Positions 1 through 10,602 are shown, counted from the stretch's first letter. The stretch: 64,000 bases of DNA from Abditibacteriaceae bacterium (GCA_965277285.1 OZ255721.1:3392001-3456000), one strand, 5' to 3'. The notes: generated by a model from the letters alone, not told the origin. Numbers and translations: made by a program.

Positions 1-1
1 G

Positions 2-805
2 CTTACCAAAATTCAGGTCGTGATGCGCTTGGATAACGGCGCTTTGTTCGGGCAGTTCGATTTTGGGCAGGATACGGAAGCAACGGTACGTCCCGATCAA
101 TTCGGATGGCAAGATTTTACGGTCCCTTTGCAGTCGTTGCGCGCAACGCCGGGCGCGAGCGGCGCTTTGCGAAGCGTGGTGCTGACGGGTAACAGTGACC
201 GAACGTTTATGGCCGGGCAAATTGCTCTGGCGCCCGAGGGCACGATGTCGGTTTCTATTCGCCGCATCACCGATGCTCCTGGAACACAGCAAACTGAAAT
301 TACCGTCGAGCCAGGCGCGCCTGTGAACCTCATCGCCGATGTCGAATCGGGCAATGTCGATCCCAATGTCGAATGGAACTTTGACGCCGACAAAACCGGC
401 AGCTTGCCCGCCGCGATTCCTGAACAACCTTTGAGCGGCGGCAACTCTGGTGGTCGGCGCAGGCGAGGCGGCTATGGTAATTTTGGCGGAGGCGCTCCAG
501 CAACGCCTCAGGGTTATAGCCCGGGAGTTTCCGATCCCAGCGCAATGAGTCCGGGTGGAGCGTCGCCGGGCGGTTTCCCATCAAGTGGTGTTCCTGGTGC
601 TTCTTCAGGTGGTTATCCTGGTGCGCCCGGCACTTCGCCGATTGCGCTGAATACGCCGCGATTGGATGCGCGTGGCTTGACGGCGAAGTTCACTTATCCC
701 AACGAGGAGCAGGATTATCGTGTCGAGGTTACCGTTCGTGACCGCTTCACGCGCGCTGAATTGGGCAAAGCTTCACTGATTGTTCATGTTCGCTCCGCCT
801 CGTAA
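2..805 (+). CDS. Hypothetical protein, 5'-partial; Gly/Pro/Ser-rich insert within a possible Ig/PKD-like C-terminal module
   Basis: Frame is open from the window edge. Beta-rich segments (VEWNFD...FTYP...YRVEVTVRD) are interrupted by a low-complexity GGPS tract. Confidence 0.6.
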   Translation, partial: LTKIQVVMRLDNGALFGQFDFGQDTEATVRPDQFGWQDFTVPLQSLRATPGASGALRSVVLTGNSDRTFMAGQIALAPEGTMSVSIRRITDAPGTQQTEITVEPGAPVNLIADVESGNVDPNVEWNFDADKTGSLPAAIPEQPLSGGNSGGRRRRGGYGNFGGGAPATPQGYSPGVSDPSAMSPGGASPGGFPSSGVPGASSGGYPGAPGTSPIALNTPRLDARGLTAKFTYPNEEQDYRVEVTVRDRFTRAELGKASLIVHVRSAS

Positions 806-832
806 TAAGCGTACTTCGTTGTGACAAAAACC

Positions 833-870
833 AAACGGCAGCGTTTCGAGTACTCGAAGCGTTGCCGTTT
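833..870. terminator. Hairpin with the TCGAGTACTCGA palindrome at its apex
   Basis: AAACGGCAGCGT-TTCGAGTACTCGAA-GCGTTGCCGTTT just after the stop at 805. Confidence 0.55.
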
Positions 871-915
871 CTTGCGTCAACTCAATTGATTCCGTATTTT
901 GGCGCGTTCTTCCTT

Positions 916-1797
916 ATGTTCGTTTCGTCATTTCAAACTCTGGCACGTTCTGTTGAAAGTATGGGCATCGGCTTGCATTCGGGCGCCACAGTGCGTTTGC
1001 GCTTGATGCCACGCGAACGTTGCGGCATTGTCTTCGTGCGCGTCGATTTACCCGATGCGCCAGAAATCGCGGCATCTCTGGCAGCGATTAGCCAAACCAG
1101 GCACGCCACGACGCTGCAGCAAAACGGCGCGCAGGTTTCCACGACCGAGCACTTGATGGCGGCGTTGTGGATGAGCGGCATTACGCATTGCCGCATCGAG
1201 TTGGACGGCCCCGAAGTGCCTATTGGCGACGGTAGCGCGCGCGATTGGTGCCTTCTTTTGGCAGAAGCAGGAAGTGTTCCTGTGCCGGAAAACGCTGATT
1301 CGAGTACTCGAAATCAGGCGCGTCCGGTTTACGCGCTGCGCCAAGCGGTTTACGTGGAAACTGGGAATGCTTCGGTGCTGGCGCTGCCTCACGAGGGTTT
1401 GCGCGTCTCGATTTTCGCCGATTTTGGACGTGCTTATTTGACAGAGCAGCTTTTCGATGCCGCGATTTCGCCGGAAGTTTTCACAAATGAAATCGCAACG
1501 GCGCGCACGTTCACGCTCGAAGAATGGATCGCGCCTTTGCGCTCGCAAGGATTGATCGCTGGTGGCACGACAGAAAACGCCATTGTTTTGGGGCAAGAAG
1601 CGTCGCTTGTGCCTTTGCGCTTTCCCGATGAATTGGCGCGCCACAAGGCGCTCGATTTATTGGGCGATGTCGCGCTGATGCTGGCGCCCGCTGGCGGCTT
1701 GTTGAACGCGCACTTCATCGCGTCGCGCGCCGGACACGCGCTTCATCAGCAGTGGATGAAGCGCTGCCTGGAGCAGAATGCTCTGGTTGCCCTGTAA
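916..1797 (+). CDS. lpxC: UDP-3-O-acyl-N-acetylglucosamine deacetylase
   Basis: QTL..GIGLHSG, TTEHLMAAL, PIGDGSA, ARTF, RFPDELARHKALDLLGD and GHALH motifs; ATG at 916. Confidence 0.95.
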   Translation: MFVSSFQTLARSVESMGIGLHSGATVRLRLMPRERCGIVFVRVDLPDAPEIAASLAAISQTRHATTLQQNGAQVSTTEHLMAALWMSGITHCRIELDGPEVPIGDGSARDWCLLLAEAGSVPVPENADSSTRNQARPVYALRQAVYVETGNASVLALPHEGLRVSIFADFGRAYLTEQLFDAAISPEVFTNEIATARTFTLEEWIAPLRSQGLIAGGTTENAIVLGQEASLVPLRFPDELARHKALDLLGDVALMLAPAGGLLNAHFIASRAGHALHQQWMKRCLEQNALVAL

Positions 1798-2037
1798 AAT
1801 GAGGCGAAGCGCCGTGCCGATATTTTATCGAGTACTCGATAAGGGTGCTATCGCCGACAAATCTTCCTTTTGAGTGTTAAATTGTATTTGGCAAGAACGT
1901 TTCAAGGTCAGTTGTGGCATTACTTATCGTGTTTAGGATGCGAGCAACGCGGGTATACTATTTTTAAGCGTTTGCTGAAATTTGGCTGCTCAATTGTGCG
2001 GCCCAAGGAGTCTCAACAAACTCTTCAAGGAGAAATT

Positions 2038-2682
2038 ATGTTCTTATTCCGTGTCCGACCACCGGACAAATGCCGCGTTCGACCGGCAGAAAGTCATCGA
2101 GGCGAGAAGCGTCGTACGGGCTTTACTTTGATCGAGTTGCTCGTCGTTATTGCGATTATTGCGATTCTTGCAGCAATCTTGTTCCCAGCGTTTGCCACAG
2201 CTCGTGAAAGCGCGCGACGTATCGCTTGTGCCAGCAATTTGAAGCAGATTGCGACTGGGGTTTTGCAATATACACAGGAGTACGACGAAAAGTATCCCGA
2301 TATTGCCGCTTCGCAAAACCCGCCTTTTCCGGTCATGCTGAATGCCTACCTGAAAAGTAAAAACGTGTATATTTGTCCTTCCGCGACTTCGGGCAACACT
2401 TGGACTGTGGCCTGGCCTGACGGCACGACAAGCCAATCGTCCTACGGCATCAACAATGACTTGACCACGCCTGCAATTTCTCTGGGCCAAGTGCAAGCGC
2501 CTTCGACCACTCCGATGTTGTTCGATTGCCAGACCGACATCGCCGGTGACCTTGGAACCGCTGGTGCCTTCGATACCATTGGCACGCGCCACCGTAACAC
2601 TATCAACGTCGCTTACGCCGATGGTCATGTCAAACTTTTTCGCCTGGCTTCCGGTGTGCCAGCGTTGATCTTCACTCCGTAA
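2038..2682 (+). CDS. DUF1559-family prepilin-type N-terminal cleavage/methylation protein with H-X9-DG motif
   Basis: [23 protein letters not shown]...CASNLKQI...[22 protein letters not shown] before ATG 2038. Confidence 0.9.
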   Translation: MFLFRVRPPDKCRVRPAESHRGEKRRTGFTLIELLVVIAIIAILAAILFPAFATARESARRIACASNLKQIATGVLQYTQEYDEKYPDIAASQNPPFPVMLNAYLKSKNVYICPSATSGNTWTVAWPDGTTSQSSYGINNDLTTPAISLGQVQAPSTTPMLFDCQTDIAGDLGTAGAFDTIGTRHRNTINVAYADGHVKLFRLASGVPALIFTP

Positions 2683-2701
2683 ACGGCAATCTTCTACGAC
2701 A

Positions 2702-2737
2702 AAAAGCCCGTCATTGTTTATGCAATGACGGGCTTTT
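2702..2737. terminator. Bidirectional rho-independent terminator
   Basis: AAAAGCCCGTCATTG-loop-CAATGACGGGCTTTT between convergent genes. Confidence 0.8.
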
Positions 2738-2773
2738 GGCATTCGAGTACTCGAATGCGGCGCTAAATGCATT

Positions 2774-3574
2774 TTAGCTGTGCGCGCGCGTAATTTTAGG
2801 AGCGTCATTCCACCATCCATCGGGGTTCTTCGATGGATAACGCAAGGCTTCGTCACCCCTGCTATTTTGGTAGCAAAGCAACGTATTGGGCCACAAATCT
2901 TTCAATGATTCGTAATCCGCTTCTCCCAAAGGCTGTCCGTCGTGGTCTTTTTGATACGTGCGGAATTTTTGCGCGGTGCTCGCATCCTGAAAAACGTACA
3001 CATAGAGACCATCCCAGCGCCCTGTTTTAGCCATTTGCTGACTGGCTGTAGCGGCTAACCCGGCGGCATCTTGCGCAGCTGCGCTATCGGTTGGCACAAT
3101 CGCCATCGTCCCCCAGGGAATACCACGTTGAGGTGATGTACTCAGAGTAAAACGAAGTTGCCCGGTCTGCGTGACCGGAGCCGCAGGAGTTACAGGTGCT
3201 GCGGCGGGGCCGCTGGAAACTGACGGAGAAGTGCTCGAGGTGGAGAAACTCGGGTTCGTCACCCTCGTAGAAGTCGAAATCGTTGTAGAAGTCGTGTCCG
3301 TCCCATAAACCGGTGGCTCCGTGCTGGATGAGCCGCCCATCAGTGACATCGCGAGGAAGATCAGACCGCCCACACCTGCCAGACCCAAAACGCCGATCTG
3401 CCACATCGGAATCGGCGTCTTTTTCGTTCTTTCTTCCGTTACGCCAATGGTACCGGCGGCTGGCACACCACCAGCCGCTACCGCGCCGCCAGACAAGGGC
3501 GTATAGCATGCCCAGCACATTACGGCTTCCACCGGATTGTTTTCTCCGCACTTAGGACACTTTTTTTGGCTCAC
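2774..3574 (-). CDS. Zinc-ribbon (CPKC...CWAC) single-pass membrane protein
   Basis: N-terminal double CxxC, one TM helix, then a Ser/Thr-rich linker. Confidence 0.75.
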   Translation of the reverse strand: MSQKKCPKCGENNPVEAVMCWACYTPLSGGAVAAGGVPAAGTIGVTEERTKKTPIPMWQIGVLGLAGVGGLIFLAMSLMGGSSSTEPPVYGTDTTSTTISTSTRVTNPSFSTSSTSPSVSSGPAAAPVTPAAPVTQTGQLRFTLSTSPQRGIPWGTMAIVPTDSAAAQDAAGLAATASQQMAKTGRWDGLYVYVFQDASTAQKFRTYQKDHDGQPLGEADYESLKDLWPNTLLCYQNSRGDEALRYPSKNPDGWWNDAPKITRAHS

Positions 3575-3874
3575 GATAGATGGCGCCTATATAAAAATTA
3601 GAAATGCTTCGTCTCGTTCCAAAGATCGGTTGGACATCGCGCGGCTAACAAGCCTGCGTGTCAAAACCGGTAAGTTGCGGAACGAAAGAATTGGCAAAGT
3701 ATAACATCTTTGCTGAGAAAAATTGAATACACTCGATGTTAAACATCTTAAAGCGCGATGATCACAGACTTTTGATAGTGCCGAATTTCTCCTGGCTTCA
3801 AGATAAAGCTGCTTTTTACAGCTACCAATATTCGTTATCTATTGCACTGTTCTTACCACCGAACCAATTCCATT

Positions 3875-5317
3875 TTAACCAGTTTCGCCAATACGATGTA
3901 GCTTGAGCAAGTTCGTTGAGCCATGGGCCGCGACCGGCGCGCCCAAAGTGACAACAACTGTATCGCCTGGCTCGGCATCGCCCGATTTGAGAAAGAACTG
4001 ATCGACGCGCGTCAGCAGTTGATCCGTCATTTCGCTGCGTTCGACCAGGCGCGGTTGCACGCCCCACACGAGTTTCAATTGCCGCAGCACATCGCGGTCG
4101 GGCGTGAAAGCGATAATTGGGACGGGTGGGCGGAACTTCGACAACAAGCGCGCTGTGCCTCCACTTTCGGTGAAACACGCGATCGCGCGCGCATCCAGGG
4201 CGGCGGCGGCGTGCGCGGCGGCTTCGCAAATCGCGGCGGTTAAAGTCGTCAGCGCAGGTTTGGGCGGGCGTCGCGCGCTGTTCCAACCATCGTCGGTGCT
4301 ACTTTCGATTTCGCAAATGATGCGGCTCATCATCTGTAAACTTTCAATCGGGTAAGCGCCTGAAGCGGTTTCGCCCGACAACATTAATGCGTCGGTGCCA
4401 TCCAGCACGGCATTGGCGACATCGCTGGCTTCGGCGCGCGTCGGGCGCTGCGTCGTCGTCATCGATTCCAGCATTTGCGTCGCGGTGATGACGATTTTAT
4501 CGTGCAAATTCGCCGCTGTGATGATGTGTTTTTGCAACATCGGCACTTGTTCGGGCGCCATTTCAACGCCCAGATCGCCGCGCGCTACCATCACGCCGTC
4601 CGCTTCGGCCAAAATCGCATCCAAGTTATCAATCGCTTCGGGTTTTTCCAGCTTGGCGATGATTTGAGTACTCGAATTGCGATCAGTCGAACAAGCGAGC
4701 GCCATTTGCTTGAGTTCGCGCACTTCTTCGGCCTGGCGCACGAACGACAAAGCGATGTAATCGAAGTTATTTTCCAAGCCCCAGGCGACATCGCGGCGAT
4801 CTTTTTCCGACAAGGCTGGAGCCGAAACCGCCACGCCCGGCAAATTGATGCCTTTGTTGGTCTTCAGAATGCCACCGTCGGTCACCAGACACGCGACATC
4901 GGTGTCCGACACTTTTTCGACTCTGAGCGCGATCAGGCCATCGTCCAGCAAAATCGTGTCGCCGGGTTTGCAATCGTGCGGCAGAGCGGCGTAAGTCGTC
5001 GAAACTTCGTAATTGTCGCCCGGCACAGGGCGCGTCGTCAACACGAAATGCTGTCCCAGTGTGAGTTCGACCGAAGGCGTTGCCAGCGGGCCAGTGCGGA
5101 TTTTTGGGCCTTGCAAGTCTTGTAGCAGCGCGACGGGACGCCCGATTTCGGCGCTCACTTCGCGCAGCAGAGCGACGTTGGCGGCTTGTTTTTCCGGCCC
5201 GCCGTGCGAGAAATTGAAGCGCGCTACATCCATGCCGTTCAACAAAAGAAGACGCATCTTCTCGCGGCTGCAGCACGCTGGCCCAATGGTGCAAATGATT
5301 TTAGCGCGTCGAGACAT
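3875..5317 (-). CDS. pyk: Pyruvate kinase
   Basis: KIICTIGP, RFNFSHG, DLQGPKIR, MVARGDLGVE, ATQMLESM, PTRAEASDVANA, MLSGETA. Confidence 0.98.
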   Translation of the reverse strand: MSRRAKIICTIGPACCSREKMRLLLLNGMDVARFNFSHGGPEKQAANVALLREVSAEIGRPVALLQDLQGPKIRTGPLATPSVELTLGQHFVLTTRPVPGDNYEVSTTYAALPHDCKPGDTILLDDGLIALRVEKVSDTDVACLVTDGGILKTNKGINLPGVAVSAPALSEKDRRDVAWGLENNFDYIALSFVRQAEEVRELKQMALACSTDRNSSTQIIAKLEKPEAIDNLDAILAEADGVMVARGDLGVEMAPEQVPMLQKHIITAANLHDKIVITATQMLESMTTTQRPTRAEASDVANAVLDGTDALMLSGETASGAYPIESLQMMSRIICEIESSTDDGWNSARRPPKPALTTLTAAICEAAAHAAAALDARAIACFTESGGTARLLSKFRPPVPIIAFTPDRDVLRQLKLVWGVQPRLVERSEMTDQLLTRVDQFFLKSGDAEPGDTVVVTLGAPVAAHGSTNLLKLHRIGETG

Positions 5318-5374
5318 AGGAAGATTGGGGAATGCAAAAAGAAACTTATTGCGGCAGTTTATTTATGAAGTATA

Positions 5375-5408
5375 AAGCGGCGCCATCGAGTACTCGATAG
5401 CGCCGCTT
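5375..5408. terminator. Hairpin with the palindrome at its apex
   Basis: AAGCGGCGC-C-ATCGAGTACTCGAT-A-GCGCCGCTT directly after the stop of the 5412-6314 gene. Confidence 0.55.
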
Positions 5409-5411
5409 GAA

Positions 5412-6314
5412 TTAGCTTTGTGGAATATTAACAGCTTTGTCAGCAGCCTTGAAGTCAATGAAGTAAGGGTTGGCGCCCAGAAAGCTGGTGTTGCCGCGCG
5501 TCGTGCTGTAAGTGGCCAACAGGTCGCGCAAACTGTTCATCTTTTTCTTGTCATCGCCTTTGACGTTGAGCGCGTCGGCGGCGGTTTTGAAGAAATCGCT
5601 GAGCGTGACTTTGCTTTGGATACGCGACACTTCGATGTTGCGCGGGTCATCGACAAAGCGTGTTACGGCGTCGTTCAAATCGTTGTTGACGGTGCGAAAA
5701 CGATACGCCTGAGGCAACAAAAACGGGCCACCACGCGAGCCATCGGTCAAGGCGAACAAAGCGCGTGGATCAAAGGCGACGATTTTCTTGCGCATCTCGG
5801 TAAAACTGTAATTCTTGCCCGCGACCATGTGCGTTTTCGCCGTATCGAAGTTTTTGATTTCCGTGATTTTGTCAATTGGGTAAGCGTCCGAAACGGTCTT
5901 CAATATGTGCGCGTTGTAAGCGTTGATCCAAAAAACAAGTTCAGGGTTGTGGCTTTGCTTGACGATGCCCGTCGTTTCGTCTTTGACCGGAAAAACCGGA
6001 AAAGCGCTCAAGTCCGCGCTGGCGACGGCTTGCAAAAAGATGTTCAAGTTGGCATCGCCGCGCAACGAAGCGTAATTGACGCCACCTTTCGTATCGACTT
6101 TGCTGTTCAGCGCGTCATCCAAATAACTATATGGAAACAGGATGCCCTGATTAAAAGTTTTCGGTACCGTTACGATTGGCGCCTGCGTGATAACCGTGCT
6201 CGAAGCCGTTGTAGTCGTCGTGGTTGTCGTGTCCTGAGCGAACGAACGAAGCGGCAACGCGCACGAAAGCGCGGCCAGCGTCAAAAGCGAAAATGTTGGG
6301 GTGTGCAATTTCAT
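5412..6314 (-). CDS. Secreted DUF547-family protein
   Basis: Signal peptide from MKLHTP; VNYASL and FWINAYNA motifs. Confidence 0.8.
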   Translation of the reverse strand: MKLHTPTFSLLTLAALSCALPLRSFAQDTTTTTTTTASSTVITQAPIVTVPKTFNQGILFPYSYLDDALNSKVDTKGGVNYASLRGDANLNIFLQAVASADLSAFPVFPVKDETTGIVKQSHNPELVFWINAYNAHILKTVSDAYPIDKITEIKNFDTAKTHMVAGKNYSFTEMRKKIVAFDPRALFALTDGSRGGPFLLPQAYRFRTVNNDLNDAVTRFVDDPRNIEVSRIQSKVTLSDFFKTAADALNVKGDDKKKMNSLRDLLATYSTTRGNTSFLGANPYFIDFKAADKAVNIPQS

Positions 6315-6593
6315 AAGTGTGTCCTCGCCGCGCGCAAAACGAACGGCTTTCGCTGCAAGTATGCGCCAAAGCGCGCGTTCTGCCAAATGAAGACCGTTTC
6401 GAGCGGGGATTTCGACGGGAATCGAGTACTCGAAAGACGCCACAAAGCGCGCGCAGGACGTGCGAAAAGCGCAATGGTTCAGTTGAGACGCGGTTTTCGA
6501 TTGATAGCAGCGCGGTTAATCACTCCTCCAATCAACGAGTGAAATAAAAGCCTGATTAAAAGAAGACATCCGTCCAGCGCTTCGGACAGTTGC

Positions 6594-7478
6594 TTATTCG
6601 CTGAGATAACCCATGCATTTATAAAGCAAACGCGCAATTGCAAACGCGCTCGCCGGATGTCCGCCCATCAGTTCGACGCAATCGAGCGCGACAACGTTTT
6701 TGCGACGACAGACTTCGCGCAACAAATCGCGCACCTGATAATAGCCCAATCCGCCAGGTTCGGGCGTTCCCGTCGCGGGAATCCAGGACGGATCGCAAAC
6801 ATCGACATCGAAAGTGATAAAAACATCGTCCGACAAACTGTTGACGATTTGCTCAATCGCGTTTGGCCAATCTTCCAAAACATCTTCGCACCAGAATTGC
6901 GTCACGTTGGCGGGAATGTTTTCGTATTCTTCAATTGAGCACGAGCGTAAGCCGACTTGCGTGATTTGCGTGCCGGGCAATTCGCTGATGCGTTTGCCAA
7001 CACACGCGTGACTGAAGCGGCTGCCGCCATAACTGTCGCGCAAATCGCTGTGCGCGTCCAATTGCAAAACCGAAAGTGAGCCACTTAAATCGAGTTTTAA
7101 TGCCGCGCAAACGCCGCCGAAAGTCAGGGAATGTTCGCCGCCCAGCATAATTGGGATTTTGTCGGCGAAGAGAATTTCGCCCATCACTTCGGTCACGCGA
7201 ACCGCCATCGATTCGGGACTTTTAGCGACAGGTTCAATTGGCGGCGTGGTGTGAATGCCGCATTCGCAGATTTCGCGCGCCAGTTCGCGGTCGAAGGTTT
7301 CCATGTTCATCGAAGCGTCGATAATCGCCTGCGCACCTTCGCGCGTGCCGACGCGCCACGAAGTCGTCGCGTCGTAAGGAACCGGAACAACGACGAATTG
7401 CGCGGTTTCAAAAGCCGAAAGTTGGGGCGAAAGTGCCGCGAAATTGGCGGCTGGCCAAAAGTTGTGTGAGGAAAGCAT
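6594..7478 (-). CDS. speB: Agmatinase (ureohydrolase family)
   Basis: VPYDATTS, GGEHSLT, DAHSDLR, DVDVCDP..PATGTPEPGG. Confidence 0.92.
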   Translation of the reverse strand: MLSSHNFWPAANFAALSPQLSAFETAQFVVVPVPYDATTSWRVGTREGAQAIIDASMNMETFDRELAREICECGIHTTPPIEPVAKSPESMAVRVTEVMGEILFADKIPIMLGGEHSLTFGGVCAALKLDLSGSLSVLQLDAHSDLRDSYGGSRFSHACVGKRISELPGTQITQVGLRSCSIEEYENIPANVTQFWCEDVLEDWPNAIEQIVNSLSDDVFITFDVDVCDPSWIPATGTPEPGGLGYYQVRDLLREVCRRKNVVALDCVELMGGHPASAFAIARLLYKCMGYLSE

Positions 7479-7529
7479 AAAATGATTTGAATTGATAAGC
7501 CCGAGTACTCGATTTGACGACGTTTGGGT

Positions 7530-8156
7530 TTACAACGATTTGTTTAAGGCCGCATGAAAGTCGTCTTCCCAAATAACAGGAATGCCTAAACGATGGGCGT
7601 CATCCACTTCTTGAGCGCCGTTTTCGCTGTCGATGTCGCCACCGATGACGCCTGTCGTTCTTTTGCTGACAGCGTAAGTGACATGACCACCGCCTTGCTC
7701 GATGATTTCGCTCCACTGCGCGTGCGACAGCAATTGCAATTCGCCGACGAATGCGAAAAGCTGACCAGCAAATTGTCCCGATTCCGCGCTGTGAACAACG
7801 GCTTTTTGTGCGTCTTCATCTTGCTTGAAATCGTTCAAGGTGAACATCTGAAAGGTCGCGTCTTCCATGTCGCGCACAAAAAGCTGCACGTTTTCCGGTT
7901 CCTGCCAATTGAGTTCGCGGAGATGATAAAGCAATTCATCGGGCGCAAAATAATTGAAGCCGCCAAAGTAAATGTTCTCTCCGCAAATCCTGCCGTTAGC
8001 AAACTCTTCTGGCAAAGCGTGAAACTCGTCGCGCAACTGCTCTTCCCAATTTTCTTCAATCCAACTATTGATTTCTTCAATCAAAGGCTGATCATTCGCG
8101 CCTTTTAGTTCTTCGTATTCGCCCCACGTCAAAATTACACTGGCTGGCCAACTCAT
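7530..8156 (-). CDS. Acidic protein with an unknown N-terminal domain and a C-terminal BRCT domain
   Basis: FAGQLFAFVGEL...IIEQGGGHVTYAVSKRT...AHRLGIPVIWEDDF resembles the LigA-type BRCT. Confidence 0.75.
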   Translation of the reverse strand: MSWPASVILTWGEYEELKGANDQPLIEEINSWIEENWEEQLRDEFHALPEEFANGRICGENIYFGGFNYFAPDELLYHLRELNWQEPENVQLFVRDMEDATFQMFTLNDFKQDEDAQKAVVHSAESGQFAGQLFAFVGELQLLSHAQWSEIIEQGGGHVTYAVSKRTTGVIGGDIDSENGAQEVDDAHRLGIPVIWEDDFHAALNKSL

Positions 8157-8366
8157 GGTTCTGCCTCCCCAATTCTCTGTCGATGATGCCGCTGCGCCTT
8201 GTTATTATAAGCGATTCATTATCAACGATTGGCGGCTTTTTCGATGCAATGTCGCGCCCTGAAATCGAGTACTCGAAACAGGATTAACGCGAGCAAAAGC
8301 GGCTGTCACTTATGATAAAATGAAGCGCGCCAAACGGCAATAGTTTCGCTTCTCCCCTTTATTCTT

Positions 8367-9098
8367 GTGACTGACATCAACACGACAGTTTCCTCCCCGT
8401 CGCAACCAAACACACGACGTTTGCGCCTTTTGGAATTAATTCTGGTTCTCTCTGTGGCGTTCGCGCTGCCGATTTTCAGTTCGGCGTATTTGCTTTTTCA
8501 TAACGAGCCGCGCACCGCGATACGCGATGACGCGCGCATTCTCAGCGTCATGATCAGCGAAGCGACCGGTTTGGCGGTCTTGCTTTACGTCCTGTTTCGT
8601 CAAGGTCGCAGCGTGCGCGAATTCGGTTTTCGCTGGAACCCAGGAAAAGTGCCGATGACCGTTGGCGTAGCGATTTTGCTGGCAATTACCGCCGTGGGTG
8701 CTTCACTGATGGGCCGTGTCGGGCTGAATATCGCATATTTTGCCTTGACCGGGCACAAGTTGAACTGGCACGCCGAAAAGCTGCCGGTTATCGCGGTTTC
8801 GCTGATCGCCATTTTGTTCATGGTTTTGAATGGCGCTTTTGAAGAACTCGTAGTGCGCGCTTATGCGATCACCGAAGTGGAATGGTTGACGAAAAACACC
8901 GATTGGGCGATTGCCTTCAGCGTACTTTTTCAAACCTCGTATCACTTTTATCAAGGCGCGCCGCAAGCGCTTTCTTATGCGCCCTTGTTTCTGGTTTTCG
9001 CGCTTTACTATGCGCGCACGCGCGACATCACGCCCGTCATTCTGGCGCACATTCTCATTGATATGGTGTCGCTTTTTGCCTCGCAACATCATCACTAA
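8367..9098 (+). CDS. CPBP (Abi/CAAX) intramembrane metalloprotease
   Basis: Multiple TM helices; FEELVVRAY, SYHFYQG and ILAHILID motifs. Confidence 0.88.
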   Translation: MTDINTTVSSPSQPNTRRLRLLELILVLSVAFALPIFSSAYLLFHNEPRTAIRDDARILSVMISEATGLAVLLYVLFRQGRSVREFGFRWNPGKVPMTVGVAILLAITAVGASLMGRVGLNIAYFALTGHKLNWHAEKLPVIAVSLIAILFMVLNGAFEELVVRAYAITEVEWLTKNTDWAIAFSVLFQTSYHFYQGAPQALSYAPLFLVFALYYARTRDITPVILAHILIDMVSLFASQHHH

Positions 9099-9121
9099 AC
9101 CTTCTTTGGAGTACTCGAAAT

Positions 9122-10480
9122 ATGCGTTCCAAATCTCAACGCCGCAAAACCAAAGACGAATTCTTAGGCGCGCCCGTCGCCACCAAACCGATTGACGAAT
9201 GCACCTCGATGCACGAAGCGTTTGGGGCTTTGCCGCGTGCCTGCGGCGCTTCCACGATGTCGAGCGCTTACAACATTTTGTATCGCGCCATTACCGAAGA
9301 AGTGCCGCTGGTTTTGGCGATTTCCGGCATCGGCTCGCTTTCCAATCAAACGCGTTTCTGGATCAATTCGATGATTCGCAGTGGCTACATCGCCGCCATT
9401 TCCACAACCGACGCGCTGGTTTATCACGACGGCCATGACGCTTTGAAACCGCACCCCAAAGGTCGCCCGATTGAACGTCCCGTGCGTTCGGTCAACCCAA
9501 ATGGCGATGACGGCATTCTCCGCGATAACCGCGTAATTCGCGTCTATGATGTCGGTTTCAAAGAAGAAATCCTGGAAGAACAAGACCGCGTCACGCGCTG
9601 GATTTTTCAGCAACCCGAATTTCAACACCAGATGACGACAACCGAGCGCAATTATCGCATGGGCAAATTGTACGATGCGCTCGAACAAGTGCGCGGCGTC
9701 GAAAGCGGCCTGGTGGCGACGTGTTACCAATACGGCGTCCCGATTTTTATTGGCGCGCCCGGCGATGGTTCCAATTCGCTGGGAATGTTGCCGCTGAAAG
9801 TGAACAACGATTTGCACGGCAAACCCTTCGCCTTCAATTACGACCCGCTGGGCGACGTTTTGGAATCGTGCGCTTATCATTTCTGGGGACTTTTTACCAA
9901 TCCCGTCAAGGAGTTGGGCATTCTCATTATGGGTGGCGGCGTGCCGAAAAACTTCGCGCTGCAACCCGAACCCAGCTTGCTGCAAAACTTCATGCTCGAT
10001 GAAGAGCCGTATGCAGTGCGCGGCTACAAATACGATCTGCAAATCACCAGCGCGCCGGTTTCCGACGGTAGTTTGAGTTCGTGTCCACCGGCGGAAGCCG
10101 TTAGTTGGGGCAAAGTCGACCGCGACACCTATCACGAAACAACGGTCAGCGTTTACGGCGATTACACGCAGCTTTTCTGGCCTCTGGCTTATGCTTTGTT
10201 CGAGAAAAAACGCGAAATCGAGCGCGAAGTCGCGGGACTTTCGAGTACTCAATTGGCGAAATATCTGAAGAAAAACCCGGAAGCACGCGGGATTTTGCGG
10301 CCCGGCGGCCCACCGCGCTTGTTCGAGAAACGCAAGCAGTTGATGGACGAATTCCTCAAAGTCGCGGGCAGCAAGAAAAACGTGGCGCGCATCCAGGAAT
10401 GGTACGAAGGTAACAAAGAACTGCTCGACACGCTGAACGCCCTGCGCGCTCAAGGCGCTCTCGATGTCGGCGATGTGTGA
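9122..10480 (+). CDS. Deoxyhypusine synthase-like protein (probable homospermidine synthase)
   Basis: GVPIFIGAPGDGS, MGGGVPKNF, DGSLSSCPPAEAVSWGKV including the catalytic-type Lys. Confidence 0.85.
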   Translation: MRSKSQRRKTKDEFLGAPVATKPIDECTSMHEAFGALPRACGASTMSSAYNILYRAITEEVPLVLAISGIGSLSNQTRFWINSMIRSGYIAAISTTDALVYHDGHDALKPHPKGRPIERPVRSVNPNGDDGILRDNRVIRVYDVGFKEEILEEQDRVTRWIFQQPEFQHQMTTTERNYRMGKLYDALEQVRGVESGLVATCYQYGVPIFIGAPGDGSNSLGMLPLKVNNDLHGKPFAFNYDPLGDVLESCAYHFWGLFTNPVKELGILIMGGGVPKNFALQPEPSLLQNFMLDEEPYAVRGYKYDLQITSAPVSDGSLSSCPPAEAVSWGKVDRDTYHETTVSVYGDYTQLFWPLAYALFEKKREIEREVAGLSSTQLAKYLKKNPEARGILRPGGPPRLFEKRKQLMDEFLKVAGSKKNVARIQEWYEGNKELLDTLNALRAQGALDVGDV

Positions 10481-10602
10481 GAGTTGCGCCAACTTCGTGC
10501 GCGAAAGCGGCGCAAGTTTTCGCACCTTTTGCAGAAAGAAAATAGCGTTCATTCGCGCCGTTTTGCGTGGCAAGGCCTTGCGTAACCATCAAGATAAAAA
10601 CC

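Noticed and set aside
862..915. Upstream ORF extensions in the ORF track (lpxC 862, DUF1559 1870, DUF547 6443, GH57 14477, barstar-like 46077, mltG 54410)
   Set aside because: They run through terminators, repeats or neighbouring genes. Downstream starts fit family N-termini and RBS better.
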